Position numbers and translations under genes: made by a program. The notes below the pieces were generated by a model, which did not search any database, had not been told where the DNA came from, and saw only the letters and a list, made by a program, of their open reading frames with translations. Source: a virus (lineage: Duplodnaviria; Caudoviricetes). From it: DNA of 64,000 nucleotides. The stretch is from the IMG/VR virus record IMGVR_UViG_3300021093_000004. One strand, given 5' to 3'. This document shows positions 1 to 9,912 of this stretch, in pieces (position 1 is the first letter of the stretch; each line of letters starts with the position of its first letter).

Positions 1-371
1 CCATTAATTTTACTGCGTATTAATCGATATGGGTTTCCTTTCATGCTTAGGATATTGTTCATCCTGAGTGTGAAAGCTGACGAATTAGGAACAAATTGTT
101 GGACGGACGAAACGATGTCTGCGACAGGAATACCTTTCAATCCAGCGGTCTCCAGTTTCTGGTACGCTGCATCCATCGCGGTCACGATTCCGCTGCTCTG
201 TTCTGACTTCTGCTGTGTTTTTTCGTCCTTGATGCGTTTGGCAGATTCAGCAATTGCCAAAGCACCGTCCAATGCAGTCCGGGCGTTGGTTGTGAGATCC
301 TGGGCACTCTCGGCTATGATTCCGTCGAGATTTATTCCAAGGTCTACGTCAATTACCATTACTTTTGCCAT
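1..371 (-). CDS. hypothetical protein, runs off left edge (not in ORF track)
   Basis: Manual translation from ATG at 371: MAKVMVIDVDLGINLDGIIAESAQDLTT..., open to position 1; GGAGG SD upstream. Confidence 0.75.
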   Translation of the reverse strand, partial: MAKVMVIDVDLGINLDGIIAESAQDLTTNARTALDGALAIAESAKRIKDEKTQQKSEQSSGIVTAMDAAYQKLETAGLKGIPVADIVSSVQQFVPNSSAFTLRMNNILSMKGNPYRLIRSKIN

Positions 372-392
372 CGCTAAACCTCCGAGAACGCT

Positions 393-1154
393 ATGAACCT
401 TAATCAATGTATATTCTGTGATGCGACTACAGATTTAAATACTAGCCTGACTATCACGTTAGAGGATGGTAGTAAGGTTGCTGTTCGAATCTGCGATGTT
501 CATGCCGAAGACGCAACGGTGAAATCTGCTCGTGAGGCTTACCTTGAGAAGCGAAAAAAGATCGATGAACTGCTAGCTCAAGCAAGGTCGCTTGGATTAC
601 AATTATCTGAAAGCCCATCCGGACTTGTGGTTGCGACCCAAAAACCAGAACCGAGGGTCATGCAAGTACAACCGACTGCTGAAGCTGCGGAGGCATTGGA
701 AGGTCCGAATGTTGTGTCTACTTCAAAGCTTGATGGTCGCAAATTTCAGTCTGTCGGTGGGACAGCCGATGGTGTGGCGGTTTCGTCTCATGCTCCGTTA
801 GACACGTCGTCTTTGATTGACCAATTACCAGAAGGTGCACTGGATGGTCAAGCTGAAATGACTGTTGTTGAAGGTCGTGGTGGACAGCCTTTGGCGATCC
901 CGCAACGTCGAATTGATAAAACCGGTACTACCAGAATTTCTATCAAAAAGAGCACCGATGCTGCGTTGCAAGATAGATTCAAAAAGATGGCGGCAGACAC
1001 GATGGGCGACCGCACGCCGGATTTCGCCAGATCTGGGTATCAGAATACCCAGCGGCCTTGCCCTCTATGCAAAGGTGCGTGCGTCGTGAAGCAGGGCAGG
1101 CAAGAAGTGCCGTGTCCGAAATGCAATGGAAGCGGAATTATATCGATCTATTAA
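393..1154 (+). CDS. hypothetical protein with N-terminal Cys/His knuckles and C-terminal DnaJ-like CxxCxG zinc finger
   Basis: CIFC...CDVH at N-terminus; CPLCKG and CPKCNGSG at C-terminus. Confidence 0.7.
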   Translation: MNLNQCIFCDATTDLNTSLTITLEDGSKVAVRICDVHAEDATVKSAREAYLEKRKKIDELLAQARSLGLQLSESPSGLVVATQKPEPRVMQVQPTAEAAEALEGPNVVSTSKLDGRKFQSVGGTADGVAVSSHAPLDTSSLIDQLPEGALDGQAEMTVVEGRGGQPLAIPQRRIDKTGTTRISIKKSTDAALQDRFKKMAADTMGDRTPDFARSGYQNTQRPCPLCKGACVVKQGRQEVPCPKCNGSGIISIY

Positions 1155-1387
1155 AGGCGAATTGTGCCCGGTCGGTGTGTCAATCCAAGAAATTTTCGAT
1201 GTCTTGGGCTTTTGGGGACGGTTGACAATGCTGAATATCCGGCAGTTCTACTGCCTGAATCATAGCCAGAACTGGCTTCATATGGACGATCGCTGTGAAG
1301 TATGGGCCGATTGAAGTATCCGGATGATTGCAATTGATCTCGGAGCTTGTGCAATATAAAGCTTTCACTTAATTGTCGTAGTTTCAT
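1151..1387 (-). CDS. small hypothetical protein
   Basis: 78-aa ORF with 4-nt overlaps at both ends, fills gap; starts MKLRQLSE. Confidence 0.6.
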   Translation of the reverse strand: MKLRQLSESFILHKLRDQLQSSGYFNRPILHSDRPYEASSGYDSGSRTAGYSALSTVPKSPRHRKFLGLTHRPGTIRL

Positions 1388-1935
1388 GACAATCGATTCG
1401 CAGAACCGTCTGGTGTTCGGCTTGGGCTAGCCTCTCCGAGCCGCGACATCACGTTTTTATTGTTGTATCCCTCTCGATCATGAATCGTGAAATCGAGCGG
1501 TTGTTCTGGCTTGCTCATTTCCTTGATCTCATCGAGCTTTGGGTTGAATCCGGAGTCTTTCTCCGCCCATTCTCTCTGGTCTTCTTTGAGTTCTTCGATG
1601 ATCTTAGGTATGAAGCCAAGAGCTTTATTGCGTTCTTCTGCTGGGATTGCTTGTGCGACCATCTCTTTTTCCATGGCGGTAGAAAAAGTCGGGTCATCGA
1701 GGTATTTGTACGAGTGAACCTTTCCGAATGCTTGGCATACGCCTTCAGCATGCACCAGTTCGGCGGCTTTCACGAGAAACATCTCGTTGATATGTCCATG
1801 CAAATATTCGAGGCCACGCCAGTCTTGGCCTGCATATGGATCGTTAGCGTGGATAGATAATCCAAGCTGGGCGTCTTGGCTGAGCATTGATTTGACTGCT
1901 TCGACCAGCAGTCTTTCATTGTCATTCAGAGGCAT
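1384..1935 (-). CDS. hypothetical protein
   Basis: ORF open to 2040; ATG at 1935 preceded by GGGAGGGG SD. Confidence 0.7.
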   Translation of the reverse strand: MPLNDNERLLVEAVKSMLSQDAQLGLSIHANDPYAGQDWRGLEYLHGHINEMFLVKAAELVHAEGVCQAFGKVHSYKYLDDPTFSTAMEKEMVAQAIPAEERNKALGFIPKIIEELKEDQREWAEKDSGFNPKLDEIKEMSKPEQPLDFTIHDREGYNNKNVMSRLGEASPSRTPDGSANRLS

Positions 1936-1971
1936 GTTCCCCTCCCGATAGTCTAATAGTAGATTTGAGCG

Positions 1972-2304
1972 ATGGATACTCAAAGCACGAAATTCAGTAG
2001 GTTTGATCAAGTCAAAATAGTTACTGTTCGTAACGTCCATTATCTATCTGCACCACCGGGTTCTGTCGTCTCACCAAAAGGCGTTTGGCAAGTATCTGCG
2101 GCCATTGGTGATGAATTGTTGCTTGTTAAGGGGAATGCAACTATTAAGATCCCGGTGACAGACGTTTTGAAGGTGGTTGACTATAACGTAAATGCCGTCA
2201 CGGCTAAATTTGGGAGACTGAGTGAATATGGCCAAGAGCGAAAAGTCGGAGAAGAAGACGACCCCGATCCCCAAAAATCTGGAAGAACTTCAGAAGGGAA
2301 TTGA
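1972..2304 (+). CDS. hypothetical protein
   Basis: 110-aa ORF filling gap before recA. Confidence 0.6.
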   Translation: MDTQSTKFSRFDQVKIVTVRNVHYLSAPPGSVVSPKGVWQVSAAIGDELLLVKGNATIKIPVTDVLKVVDYNVNAVTAKFGRLSEYGQERKVGEEDDPDPQKSGRTSEGN

Positions 2305-3361
2305 AAAGGAATTTGGCTCTGGGGCCGTTATGCGTGGTCGTGGCTCAGTAGTAAAGGTCGATGTCTTCCCAACCGATGTGGCGTCTATTGATATCGCCTT
2401 GGGATGTGGTGGATTACCACAAGGCAGGATTATTGAAGTCTACGGTGCTGAAAGCAGCGGTAAGACTACCACATGTCTACAATTCATTGCCGCGTGCCAG
2501 CAGCACGAATTTGCCGCGAAATCTCGGAAGGGTGTTGCTGCGTTTGTTGATGCCGAGCATGCACTTGATCCGACATGGGCAGGAAAGGTCGGGGTCAATA
2601 TGTCCGATCTTTTAGTATCTCAACCAGATAGCGGCGAAGAAGCGTTGATGATTGTTGAACGGATAGTCGATTCTGGGCTGATCGACCTGATCGTCGTGGA
2701 TTCGGTTGCCGCTCTCACACCAAAAGCTGTTCTCGATGGAGAAGTGGGAGATTCGACAATGGCGGCTTTGGCACAATTGATGTCCAAAGCTATGAATCGC
2801 CTCAAGGGGAAATGTAACCGTACCAAAACAACGGTTATTTTTATCAATCAAGTTCGCGAGAAGGTAGGGATTGTGTTTGGAAATCCAGAACTTACCCCAG
2901 GTGGCCGAGCACTGAAATTCTATGCTTCTGTACGAGCGGAAGTGAAGAAAGGAAGTCCTATCAAGCATGGCGATGTCATCGTTGGTTTCCGCCCGTCGAT
3001 AAAGATTGTGAAGAACAAAGTTGCTCCGCCATTTATGATTGGCGAATTCGACATTTGTGTGGGGATGAAAGAACGACCGGTATTTGGCATCGATACCGTT
3101 GCATCCTTGCTGGAAGTTGCGTCGACTCAGAAAATTGTATCAAGAAACGGGTCGTTTTATGTTTATGGCGACCAACGTCTTGGAAATGGGTTGGCAAACG
3201 CATTGAGTACTCTTAGGAGCAACCCTAAGATTGTGGACGAACTCAAAACGAAAATATATGATGGGATTTGTTCTCATAATGTCGTCGAAGACGAGTGTGA
3301 TGAGAATGATTCCTTTGATGTAACGGACGACATTTCGGATACCACAGAGGCAGAATTATGA
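2228..3361 (+). CDS. recA: RecA recombinase
   Basis: GAESSGKTT Walker A, DAEHALDP, SQPDSGEEAL, DSVAAL, FINQVREKVG, GGRALKFYAS, KNKVAPPF. Confidence 0.97.
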   Translation: MAKSEKSEKKTTPIPKNLEELQKGIEKEFGSGAVMRGRGSVVKVDVFPTDVASIDIALGCGGLPQGRIIEVYGAESSGKTTTCLQFIAACQQHEFAAKSRKGVAAFVDAEHALDPTWAGKVGVNMSDLLVSQPDSGEEALMIVERIVDSGLIDLIVVDSVAALTPKAVLDGEVGDSTMAALAQLMSKAMNRLKGKCNRTKTTVIFINQVREKVGIVFGNPELTPGGRALKFYASVRAEVKKGSPIKHGDVIVGFRPSIKIVKNKVAPPFMIGEFDICVGMKERPVFGIDTVASLLEVASTQKIVSRNGSFYVYGDQRLGNGLANALSTLRSNPKIVDELKTKIYDGICSHNVVEDECDENDSFDVTDDISDTTEAEL

Positions 3362-3693
3362 CACCTCCAAAATTTGATATCAATGATACCGTGTATCTGC
3401 GAGAATCGGCAGCTTTGGGGTTTCTCGAAGCTGTGAGGATTACGGGGGTACACAAGTATAAGGATGGTTGGGTTTATACTATCGGATCACGGGTCGCAAA
3501 CCCCCGCCATCCTGCGACTTTTGGAGATCGGATTTCTCATGTACATGGTCAAACGTTGTATTTCAGTGAGGACGAGTTCGTAACACACTGCGACGCATTG
3601 TTTTTGGCAGAAGCAAACGCGACGAATATGTTGCAACGAATTCAATCTCAACGAATGGCTATCTGTCCTACTGAATTTACTGGTGCTCCTTAA
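3358..3693 (+). CDS. hypothetical protein
   Basis: 111-aa ORF translationally coupled to both neighbours. Confidence 0.7.
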   Translation: MTPPKFDINDTVYLRESAALGFLEAVRITGVHKYKDGWVYTIGSRVANPRHPATFGDRISHVHGQTLYFSEDEFVTHCDALFLAEANATNMLQRIQSQRMAICPTEFTGAP

Positions 3694-5141
3694 TGTCGGC
3701 TACATTATCCAAATTGAAAGAAGCCGATGAGAAGTCGCGATCTAATACAAATGGTGAAAAAACTACAGTAAAGCCATTTAAGCATTTTCAAGAAGAAGCG
3801 ATAATCTCTCTTTCTCTTGATCACCCAGACTTCTTTGGCGTAGTTGCACAATTCCTCAAGCCAGAGATGTTTTCCAGGCTTGAGACCCGTTGGGTCATCG
3901 CAGAGATTTTGAATTTATATGAGAAGTATGATACTGTCCCGACCCGCACAATTCTAAGAGAATATCTTGAAGGCACTCTTACCGAAGATGACCCGCACGA
4001 AGAAGTGCTGAAATTAGTAGATCGGAAATCGGACTATCGCGAAGTCCCGATCATCAAAGAACTCTTATTAACATGGGCTAGGAAAAAAGCGTTCGGAATG
4101 TTGTATAAGCCTGAAGCGATCGCCGCATATCGCGAGGGCAATTATGAATATTTGGAAACATTGTTTACGGAAGCTAACCGTATTGTTGATATCGGTGATA
4201 ATACCGGTTTTTGGTTTTTCGAAAATCTAGAGTTACTATTCCAACCTAATGTAATTGAACATCGCACAACCGGGTTCGCACGGCTTGATCGTTTATTGAA
4301 TAATGGTGGTCCGTCACCTAAAGAAGTGGTCTGCTGGATGGCGGCGACGAACGTCGGTAAATCGATTCTCCTGTGTAATAATGCAATCACTTCTCTTAAG
4401 GGTCCCGGCCTAGGAGGACAACTGGGCCAAGATGTACTGTTGGTGACTTTCGAATTGGATGCTATCAAAACGGCGATGCGGTGTTTAGCGACAGCTACCC
4501 ACTTACCTATTGACCAGTTGGACCAACATCAAGAGTTGGCTCGACGCACGATCAGATCGCTTGAAACGACATATCAGAAGAAATTCTATATTTATGAATT
4601 ATCACCAGATGAATGCAGTGTTAATCATATCTATGCATTATTGGCTAATTTGAAACGTCTGAAAGGCTGGAAGCCAGATGTTATTATTATTGACTATATG
4701 GATTTGATGGTTAGCAGGCACAAGGCGTACAACCAAAAAGAGTACGATAGACAGAAACATGTTGCTACCGAGATTCGCGGTTTGGCAAAAAATGAGAATG
4801 TCCTTGTTTACACCGCCACGCAGACTAACCGTGGTGGCATGGACGGTGGCCTTGTCGATTTAAATAAGGTGGCAGAAAGTTTCGGAAAGCAGTTTCCGCT
4901 TGACTATATCATTAGCCTTAATCAAGGCATTGATGAACGTAAATCGACTCCCGCTCAGTTACGATTTTTCATAGCTAAAAATCGTAATGGTCCGAAGCAC
5001 GAAACTATCACCTGCGAAATCGATTATAAGACAATGGTTGTCAACGAGGCTAAGATTCAGCCCACATTGTCAGTGCCATGTAAAGATGAAGATGATGACG
5101 ATGACGACAAACCAAAGAAACGCACGAAACGCAAAGGATGA
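3693..5141 (+). CDS. dnaB: DnaB/gp41-like replicative helicase
   Basis: AATNVGKS Walker A, IIIDYMDLM Walker B, ATQTNR, IAKNRNGP. Confidence 0.9.
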   Translation: MSATLSKLKEADEKSRSNTNGEKTTVKPFKHFQEEAIISLSLDHPDFFGVVAQFLKPEMFSRLETRWVIAEILNLYEKYDTVPTRTILREYLEGTLTEDDPHEEVLKLVDRKSDYREVPIIKELLLTWARKKAFGMLYKPEAIAAYREGNYEYLETLFTEANRIVDIGDNTGFWFFENLELLFQPNVIEHRTTGFARLDRLLNNGGPSPKEVVCWMAATNVGKSILLCNNAITSLKGPGLGGQLGQDVLLVTFELDAIKTAMRCLATATHLPIDQLDQHQELARRTIRSLETTYQKKFYIYELSPDECSVNHIYALLANLKRLKGWKPDVIIIDYMDLMVSRHKAYNQKEYDRQKHVATEIRGLAKNENVLVYTATQTNRGGMDGGLVDLNKVAESFGKQFPLDYIISLNQGIDERKSTPAQLRFFIAKNRNGPKHETITCEIDYKTMVVNEAKIQPTLSVPCKDEDDDDDDKPKKRTKRKG

Positions 5142-5452
5142 CCATGAAATTTCGCGTATACGTTGAGGTTGATGTATCTAGAACGATCGCGGAGACTATT
5201 CAACGGAACGGATTCCAGGTGTGCCCTGACGGGTCTGCCATGCAAATCAAAGTTCCCCATGCTCCAACTATTCCACAGCGTAAAACCAAAGTTGTATTTG
5301 TTGAGAATCCAACAGACACTCTTGATGACGCCATTCACCATTGTGCTGCGCTTGAGTTGTTACGCCGTTTGGCACAGTGGAATATGCTCGATACTGCTGC
5401 TGATGGGCAATATTGGAAGGATGAGATCAAGAAAGTTACCGGTTCTGATTGA
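5138..5452 (+). CDS. hypothetical protein
   Basis: 104-aa ORF, ATGA overlap. Confidence 0.6.
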   Translation: MTMKFRVYVEVDVSRTIAETIQRNGFQVCPDGSAMQIKVPHAPTIPQRKTKVVFVENPTDTLDDAIHHCAALELLRRLAQWNMLDTAADGQYWKDEIKKVTGSD

Positions 5453-5511
5453 CGGTCAATGTGTAGATACTGCACTTCTCGATATTACGCATTGGAGATA
5501 ACGGAGACGAT

Positions 5512-5955
5512 ATGGCGACCCCAAAGAGTGCGAAATTGTTGCGTGAAGAAGCTACCGACAGCGACAGAGGCGAGGACATATACATCCCCAGTTCATTCAT
5601 GGTTGAAACCCCGGAAGATCCAAGCGGTCCAATCGAGATCCGTGAAATTCCGTGCTTGAATGAATTTGTCGCGATATTGCTCTTCCGCATCAAGAGCGAT
5701 ATCGTGATGCCGGATAAGCAACAATACCGCAATGAAGGTATTGTGGTCGGGATTGGCCCAGGTCTTCCTGATGGGGTCGGTGGTCGCGTTATCACCCAAT
5801 TACAATTGGGTGACGTGGTTCTGTTCCAAGACAGAAACATCGTTTTAGACATTACTTCGGATAAGCCACCGTACAAAGGTCAAAAGGTGGTAATCATCTC
5901 CGAACGAAGCTTAATTTGTAAGCTTCCTCCCGTTGAATTCAAAATGGGGCAGTAG
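5512..5955 (+). CDS. groES: GroES-like co-chaperonin with N-terminal extension
   Basis: IVMPDKQQYRNEGIVVGIGPG...LQLGDVVLF matches Cpn10 pattern. Confidence 0.8.
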   Translation: MATPKSAKLLREEATDSDRGEDIYIPSSFMVETPEDPSGPIEIREIPCLNEFVAILLFRIKSDIVMPDKQQYRNEGIVVGIGPGLPDGVGGRVITQLQLGDVVLFQDRNIVLDITSDKPPYKGQKVVIISERSLICKLPPVEFKMGQ

Positions 5956-5956
5956 C

Positions 5957-6433
5957 ATGCCGTTATATGATTACGCTTGTGCCGATTGCGAGAAAGCCGC
6001 ATTAGATCGGCTCAAGCGAGATCTCACATCTGAAGAATATGATGAGTTGGTATTATTTGAAACATCTCATTCAATAAATCCGACCCAAGAAGAATTACTA
6101 GAGGCTATGACCTGTCCTCGATGTAATGGTATTAATTGTGAACGGTCGATGAAAAATTCGAACGTTATCGGTTATGTCCGTGGGAACGGTTATCTTGACA
6201 AAGACGGTGCACGCCGAGATATGAACATATTTCATCTCACGCAAGACGATCCGTACGCTGAATACCGACAGCCCGGAGAAGTTGATGAGATGAAAGCTAA
6301 ATTGCAGCGTGGCGGACGGCACGATCCTAAGCGGAAACATTTCCAAGTATCATCGTCTGAAATGCAACAGGCGGTCCGTGAATCGGTGTCTAATCAGCCG
6401 ACCGAATCTAATCATCCGCCCGAATCGAATTAG
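5957..6433 (+). CDS. FmdB-like zinc-ribbon protein
   Basis: MPLYDYACADC...TCPRC. Confidence 0.75.
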   Translation: MPLYDYACADCEKAALDRLKRDLTSEEYDELVLFETSHSINPTQEELLEAMTCPRCNGINCERSMKNSNVIGYVRGNGYLDKDGARRDMNIFHLTQDDPYAEYRQPGEVDEMKAKLQRGGRHDPKRKHFQVSSSEMQQAVRESVSNQPTESNHPPESN

Positions 6434-6456
6434 ATTGTTTAATTAATGCAGAGGCG

Positions 6457-7764
6457 GTGTGTTTTGAGGATGTGAGCACTATCTATTTTTACACATTGTT
6501 TGATCCCACGTCCGGTAAGCCGCGATGTGCGGGCATACGTATTGGCGACAAGATTACTGTTTATGATCTATTCCGCCCCGGTGCTGGTAAGAAAATTCGC
6601 ACTATCAATGAGACTATAGCCAAAATCCGCGAGTTTCTTATAACATCGAATGATCGTGGCCACACGATCATAGCTTCTAACTTCAAAAAGCTCCTGCATA
6701 CGTATGGTCTGCCATTAGATTCTCGACAGTATAATGTGTATGATGTTCACATCGATAATCCGGCTAATCCGATTCGTCCGACCAACAGTCAATCAAAAGA
6801 CAATTTGCTGTTGCGAAAGATTCTAGAACGAATGGCATCGGGCCATCACTATGAATACCAGAAATTAATATCTAATGCTGCCGTAGTTTACCAAGATTTG
6901 GAAAATCGTGGCCTTTTTATTAATGACGAATTATTTAGACCAGAATGGTCTATGATTACATTCTCTGGTCGTAGCAAGACTACTGGATTCAATATTCAAG
7001 GATTTCATGAAGACCACTATGTCCGAACAGTTGATGCATCAATGAATAGTGTGCTGCTGCATTTTGACTGGATTTCGGCTGATATTCGTGCTGCGTCATT
7101 ATTATCTGGGGACCCATTATTAACTAAAAGTTTCGAATCCTCTGACCCGTACACTGAAATGGTCGGGTTCTTCCAGAAGCACAGAGCCGGGGAGATAGAC
7201 AGAGAGGAATGTAAAAAGTATCTGCTGCGTTCTATAAACTCGATGGACATTGAAAGCGATGCATTTGTCATTTATCAGCAATTGGGTGAATGGATACTGA
7301 AATGTTATAATATCACTCGTAAATCTGATGGATTCCTTGAAACATTATTACATCGTAGGTTTAAGGTTTCTCGTGCGAAAAATGCATTGGCAGTGTTGAA
7401 TGGAGCTATGCAAGGATCAGTCGCCCATGCAATGCACGCTGCTATTAGAAGGATTTGGGAGCGTCTTGGGTCATATATTTTGGTCGAGATTCATGACTCT
7501 ATTATTATGTCGGTTCCAAATGATTCGGCTGTGATACGGGCTACGATAGATACTGTAGCACCGATAATGATGCATCCGTTTTCGGGATTATTAGCAGATG
7601 ACCCATTGTTTCCAGTCAGAGTGAGTATTGGAAAGCGTTGGAAGAAATGGCAATTATTAGAGACTCATCGAGCGTCTGGAATTGAACGTGTCCAAAAAAC
7701 GCGACAAGCAACTCCAACGACAGCGATCGAAGGCCAAGAAACGGGAAAACCGGCTGAAGCGTGA
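6457..7764 (+). CDS. minimal family A DNA polymerase-like protein
   Basis: TFSGRS; motif A FDWISADIR; motif B REECKK; NGAMQGSVAH; motif C EIHDS. Confidence 0.8.
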   Translation: MCFEDVSTIYFYTLFDPTSGKPRCAGIRIGDKITVYDLFRPGAGKKIRTINETIAKIREFLITSNDRGHTIIASNFKKLLHTYGLPLDSRQYNVYDVHIDNPANPIRPTNSQSKDNLLLRKILERMASGHHYEYQKLISNAAVVYQDLENRGLFINDELFRPEWSMITFSGRSKTTGFNIQGFHEDHYVRTVDASMNSVLLHFDWISADIRAASLLSGDPLLTKSFESSDPYTEMVGFFQKHRAGEIDREECKKYLLRSINSMDIESDAFVIYQQLGEWILKCYNITRKSDGFLETLLHRRFKVSRAKNALAVLNGAMQGSVAHAMHAAIRRIWERLGSYILVEIHDSIIMSVPNDSAVIRATIDTVAPIMMHPFSGLLADDPLFPVRVSIGKRWKKWQLLETHRASGIERVQKTRQATPTTAIEGQETGKPAEA

Positions 7765-8080
7765 AAAGCGTCAATTAGCGAAACAGGCGAAACGAAAACA
7801 ACGTCCTCCTAAACCACGTTCGACGCAAACATTAAACGTCCAGACAACCTTTTCCCGATCTGCGTGGCTACCTTTGGGCAATGCCCATCAAGCCGAATTA
7901 GCAGGTCGTGTATTAGGAAGGACAGCGACACCGAAAACGGGCTTCGATAAGGAAGCCTGGCAACCAGACCCAGATACGGTAGATCGACCATCGGTCATTA
8001 CGCCAGATATGGCAACTAGACCACCGGTCACAATGCCAAACGGGTTTAATGCAGAATCATGGAAACCACATGACAGATAA
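7688..8080 (+). CDS. basic hypothetical protein
   Basis: Very K/R-rich N-terminus; fills gap. Confidence 0.55.
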   Translation: MSKKRDKQLQRQRSKAKKRENRLKREKRQLAKQAKRKQRPPKPRSTQTLNVQTTFSRSAWLPLGNAHQAELAGRVLGRTATPKTGFDKEAWQPDPDTVDRPSVITPDMATRPPVTMPNGFNAESWKPHDR

Positions 8081-8612
8081 GAAATTACCTTCATGGATAG
8101 AAGAAAATTTAATGACTGTAGCCCCAGAATTGCGGGGGACTACACTATTCAAATTCAAGGTCAAATTACAAGTCACTGAAGGTAAAGATCCTTCCACCGG
8201 CAAATACCGGCAAAAAGAGCTTGAAGTCGATCTTCTACCAGACCTTGATCTCGATTACGAAATTCTCGAACAACAGATGCTAGATTTCCCGGCCCAATAT
8301 GCTTTTTGGGCATCGGTATACTCTGAAGTCAGGATGGGTGTTGCTGTCGCAGAACGCAGACTCAAGATGCGTTATGGGACAGCGATGGAGCGTGTGCAGC
8401 AGGAATTCGCAGACCGTAACCTTAAACCAACAGTGGAGGTGATAAAGAAAATAGTCGAGAAAGACGCAGATTTAGCCAAAGCAGATTTAGAGTACCAGAA
8501 ATTGCAAATGCAAGCTGGCAAACTATATCACATGCTTGAGGCACTCAAGGCCAAGATTGACGTTGCCCGGTCTGTCGTGGGCTTCAAACGACAGGAATAC
8601 GAAAAGGGCTAA
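8070..8612 (+). CDS. UvsY-like recombination mediator
   Basis: Helical protein (LDLDYEILEQQMLDFPAQYAFWASVY...LEALKAK) directly before SSB. Confidence 0.55.
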   Translation: MTDKKLPSWIEENLMTVAPELRGTTLFKFKVKLQVTEGKDPSTGKYRQKELEVDLLPDLDLDYEILEQQMLDFPAQYAFWASVYSEVRMGVAVAERRLKMRYGTAMERVQQEFADRNLKPTVEVIKKIVEKDADLAKADLEYQKLQMQAGKLYHMLEALKAKIDVARSVVGFKRQEYEKG

Positions 8613-8698
8613 TACCTAGCTCTTCCTAACTTCACAAACAGTGTTTGGCACTACGACCATAGGTCACTACGCCAGATCACACAAGGAGAAAGAAACTC

Positions 8699-9847
8699 AT
8701 GCCGTACGATATTGACGCAATCCGTAAGAACATCAAGAAGGCTGTCAGTGGCAAGTTCACTGACCCTGACGAATTCAAGCCTGAAAAGGCCAAGGAAGGA
8801 ACCGAGATCAAATACAGGTTCTTCGTCCTTCCTCCGATTAAGCAAGGTGATGTCCTCAAATCTGGTACTGCCACCAGATCGATGGACAACTTCTTCCTGA
8901 CCCATGGCAATCACTGGATCAACGATCGTCCACATGCCTGCCCACGAATCTGGGACGGTTCTGATTGCGAAATCTGCCAATATGGATTTGACTTGTACAA
9001 AGAGTGCAAGGAAAAGAAGCTTGGCGAGGAACGCAAGAAGGAGATCGGTAAGCAATGGATGCCCAATACCAACTACATGGTGAATATCTTCTTCACCCAG
9101 TGGAAGGGCAATCCGGAAGACCTTCGTGGAAAGGTCAAGTTCTACAACGCTCCCAAGACCTGTCTGGACAAATGGATGGCCACCCTGATGAAGGATGACA
9201 AGGGTGACGCGGAAGATCCAGAAGCTTACGGTGTCTTTTTCGACGAGAACTCTGCTTTCTGCTTCGAGTTGGTTGTCACGAAGGACGGTCGTACCAACGG
9301 TTATAAGACCTCTGGCTTCATAAAGAACAACGGCACTCCTGTGCCGATGATCATGAACGAAGATCGGACGCCTAACAAGAAGAAGATCGAGCAGTTGTTG
9401 CAACTTAGAATCGACCTTTTCACCAAGGTGGAGACGCCAGATCCGGGTAAGATTGCTCGTCTCGCTAATACCATGATCAGCGGCGACGATGATGACGCTG
9501 AAGTTGGCGGCGGATTCGATGCTGATGAAACCGAACCTGAAGCACCGGCTGCGACCACTCAGGCCGCACCAGCAAAAAAGGTTGAGAAGCCCGCTGGGAA
9601 GCCTGCGGCGGCTGCGACGCAGAAGTCGTCCAAACCCGTTCAATCCCGAACGGAAACGAAGAAAACCACAGAGCAGCCCGCTCCGTCGCCGGGCGATGAT
9701 GACGATGATATCGCATCGCAGATGGGCGATGCTTTCGGCGATGAGGCTCAGCTCGATAGTTCTTCAGAAGATTCTACTCCTGCCAATAATGATGATGACA
9801 TCGGCGGAGAAGATATCGACGCACTTCTGAACCAGTTAGACGACTAA
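8699..9847 (+). CDS. gp32-like single-stranded DNA-binding protein
   Basis: YRFFVLPP, HW..CP...CEIC zinc ligands, long acidic tail ending DIDALLNQLDD; AAGGAG SD. Confidence 0.85.
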   Translation: MPYDIDAIRKNIKKAVSGKFTDPDEFKPEKAKEGTEIKYRFFVLPPIKQGDVLKSGTATRSMDNFFLTHGNHWINDRPHACPRIWDGSDCEICQYGFDLYKECKEKKLGEERKKEIGKQWMPNTNYMVNIFFTQWKGNPEDLRGKVKFYNAPKTCLDKWMATLMKDDKGDAEDPEAYGVFFDENSAFCFELVVTKDGRTNGYKTSGFIKNNGTPVPMIMNEDRTPNKKKIEQLLQLRIDLFTKVETPDPGKIARLANTMISGDDDDAEVGGGFDADETEPEAPAATTQAAPAKKVEKPAGKPAAAATQKSSKPVQSRTETKKTTEQPAPSPGDDDDDIASQMGDAFGDEAQLDSSSEDSTPANNDDDIGGEDIDALLNQLDD

Positions 9848-9866
9848 TGTCGATTGGTGTTGGTGA

Positions 9867-9897
9867 GGTCGGGGGAGACATTACGTCTCCCCCGACC
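9867..9897. other. perfect 13-bp GC-rich inverted repeat (processing or terminator-like hairpin)
   Basis: GGTCGGGGGAGAC-ATTAC-GTCTCCCCCGACC; no U-tract. Confidence 0.7.
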
Positions 9898-9912
9898 GTA
9901 TATAGAGTAATT

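Noticed and set aside
43-396. Plus-strand 117-aa ORF in the track
   Set aside because: Shadow of the minus-strand gene 1..371, which has a GGAGG SD and protein-like composition
8651-9643. 330-aa antisense ORF
   Set aside because: Antisense shadow of the codon-biased SSB gene; no SD or recognisable motifs
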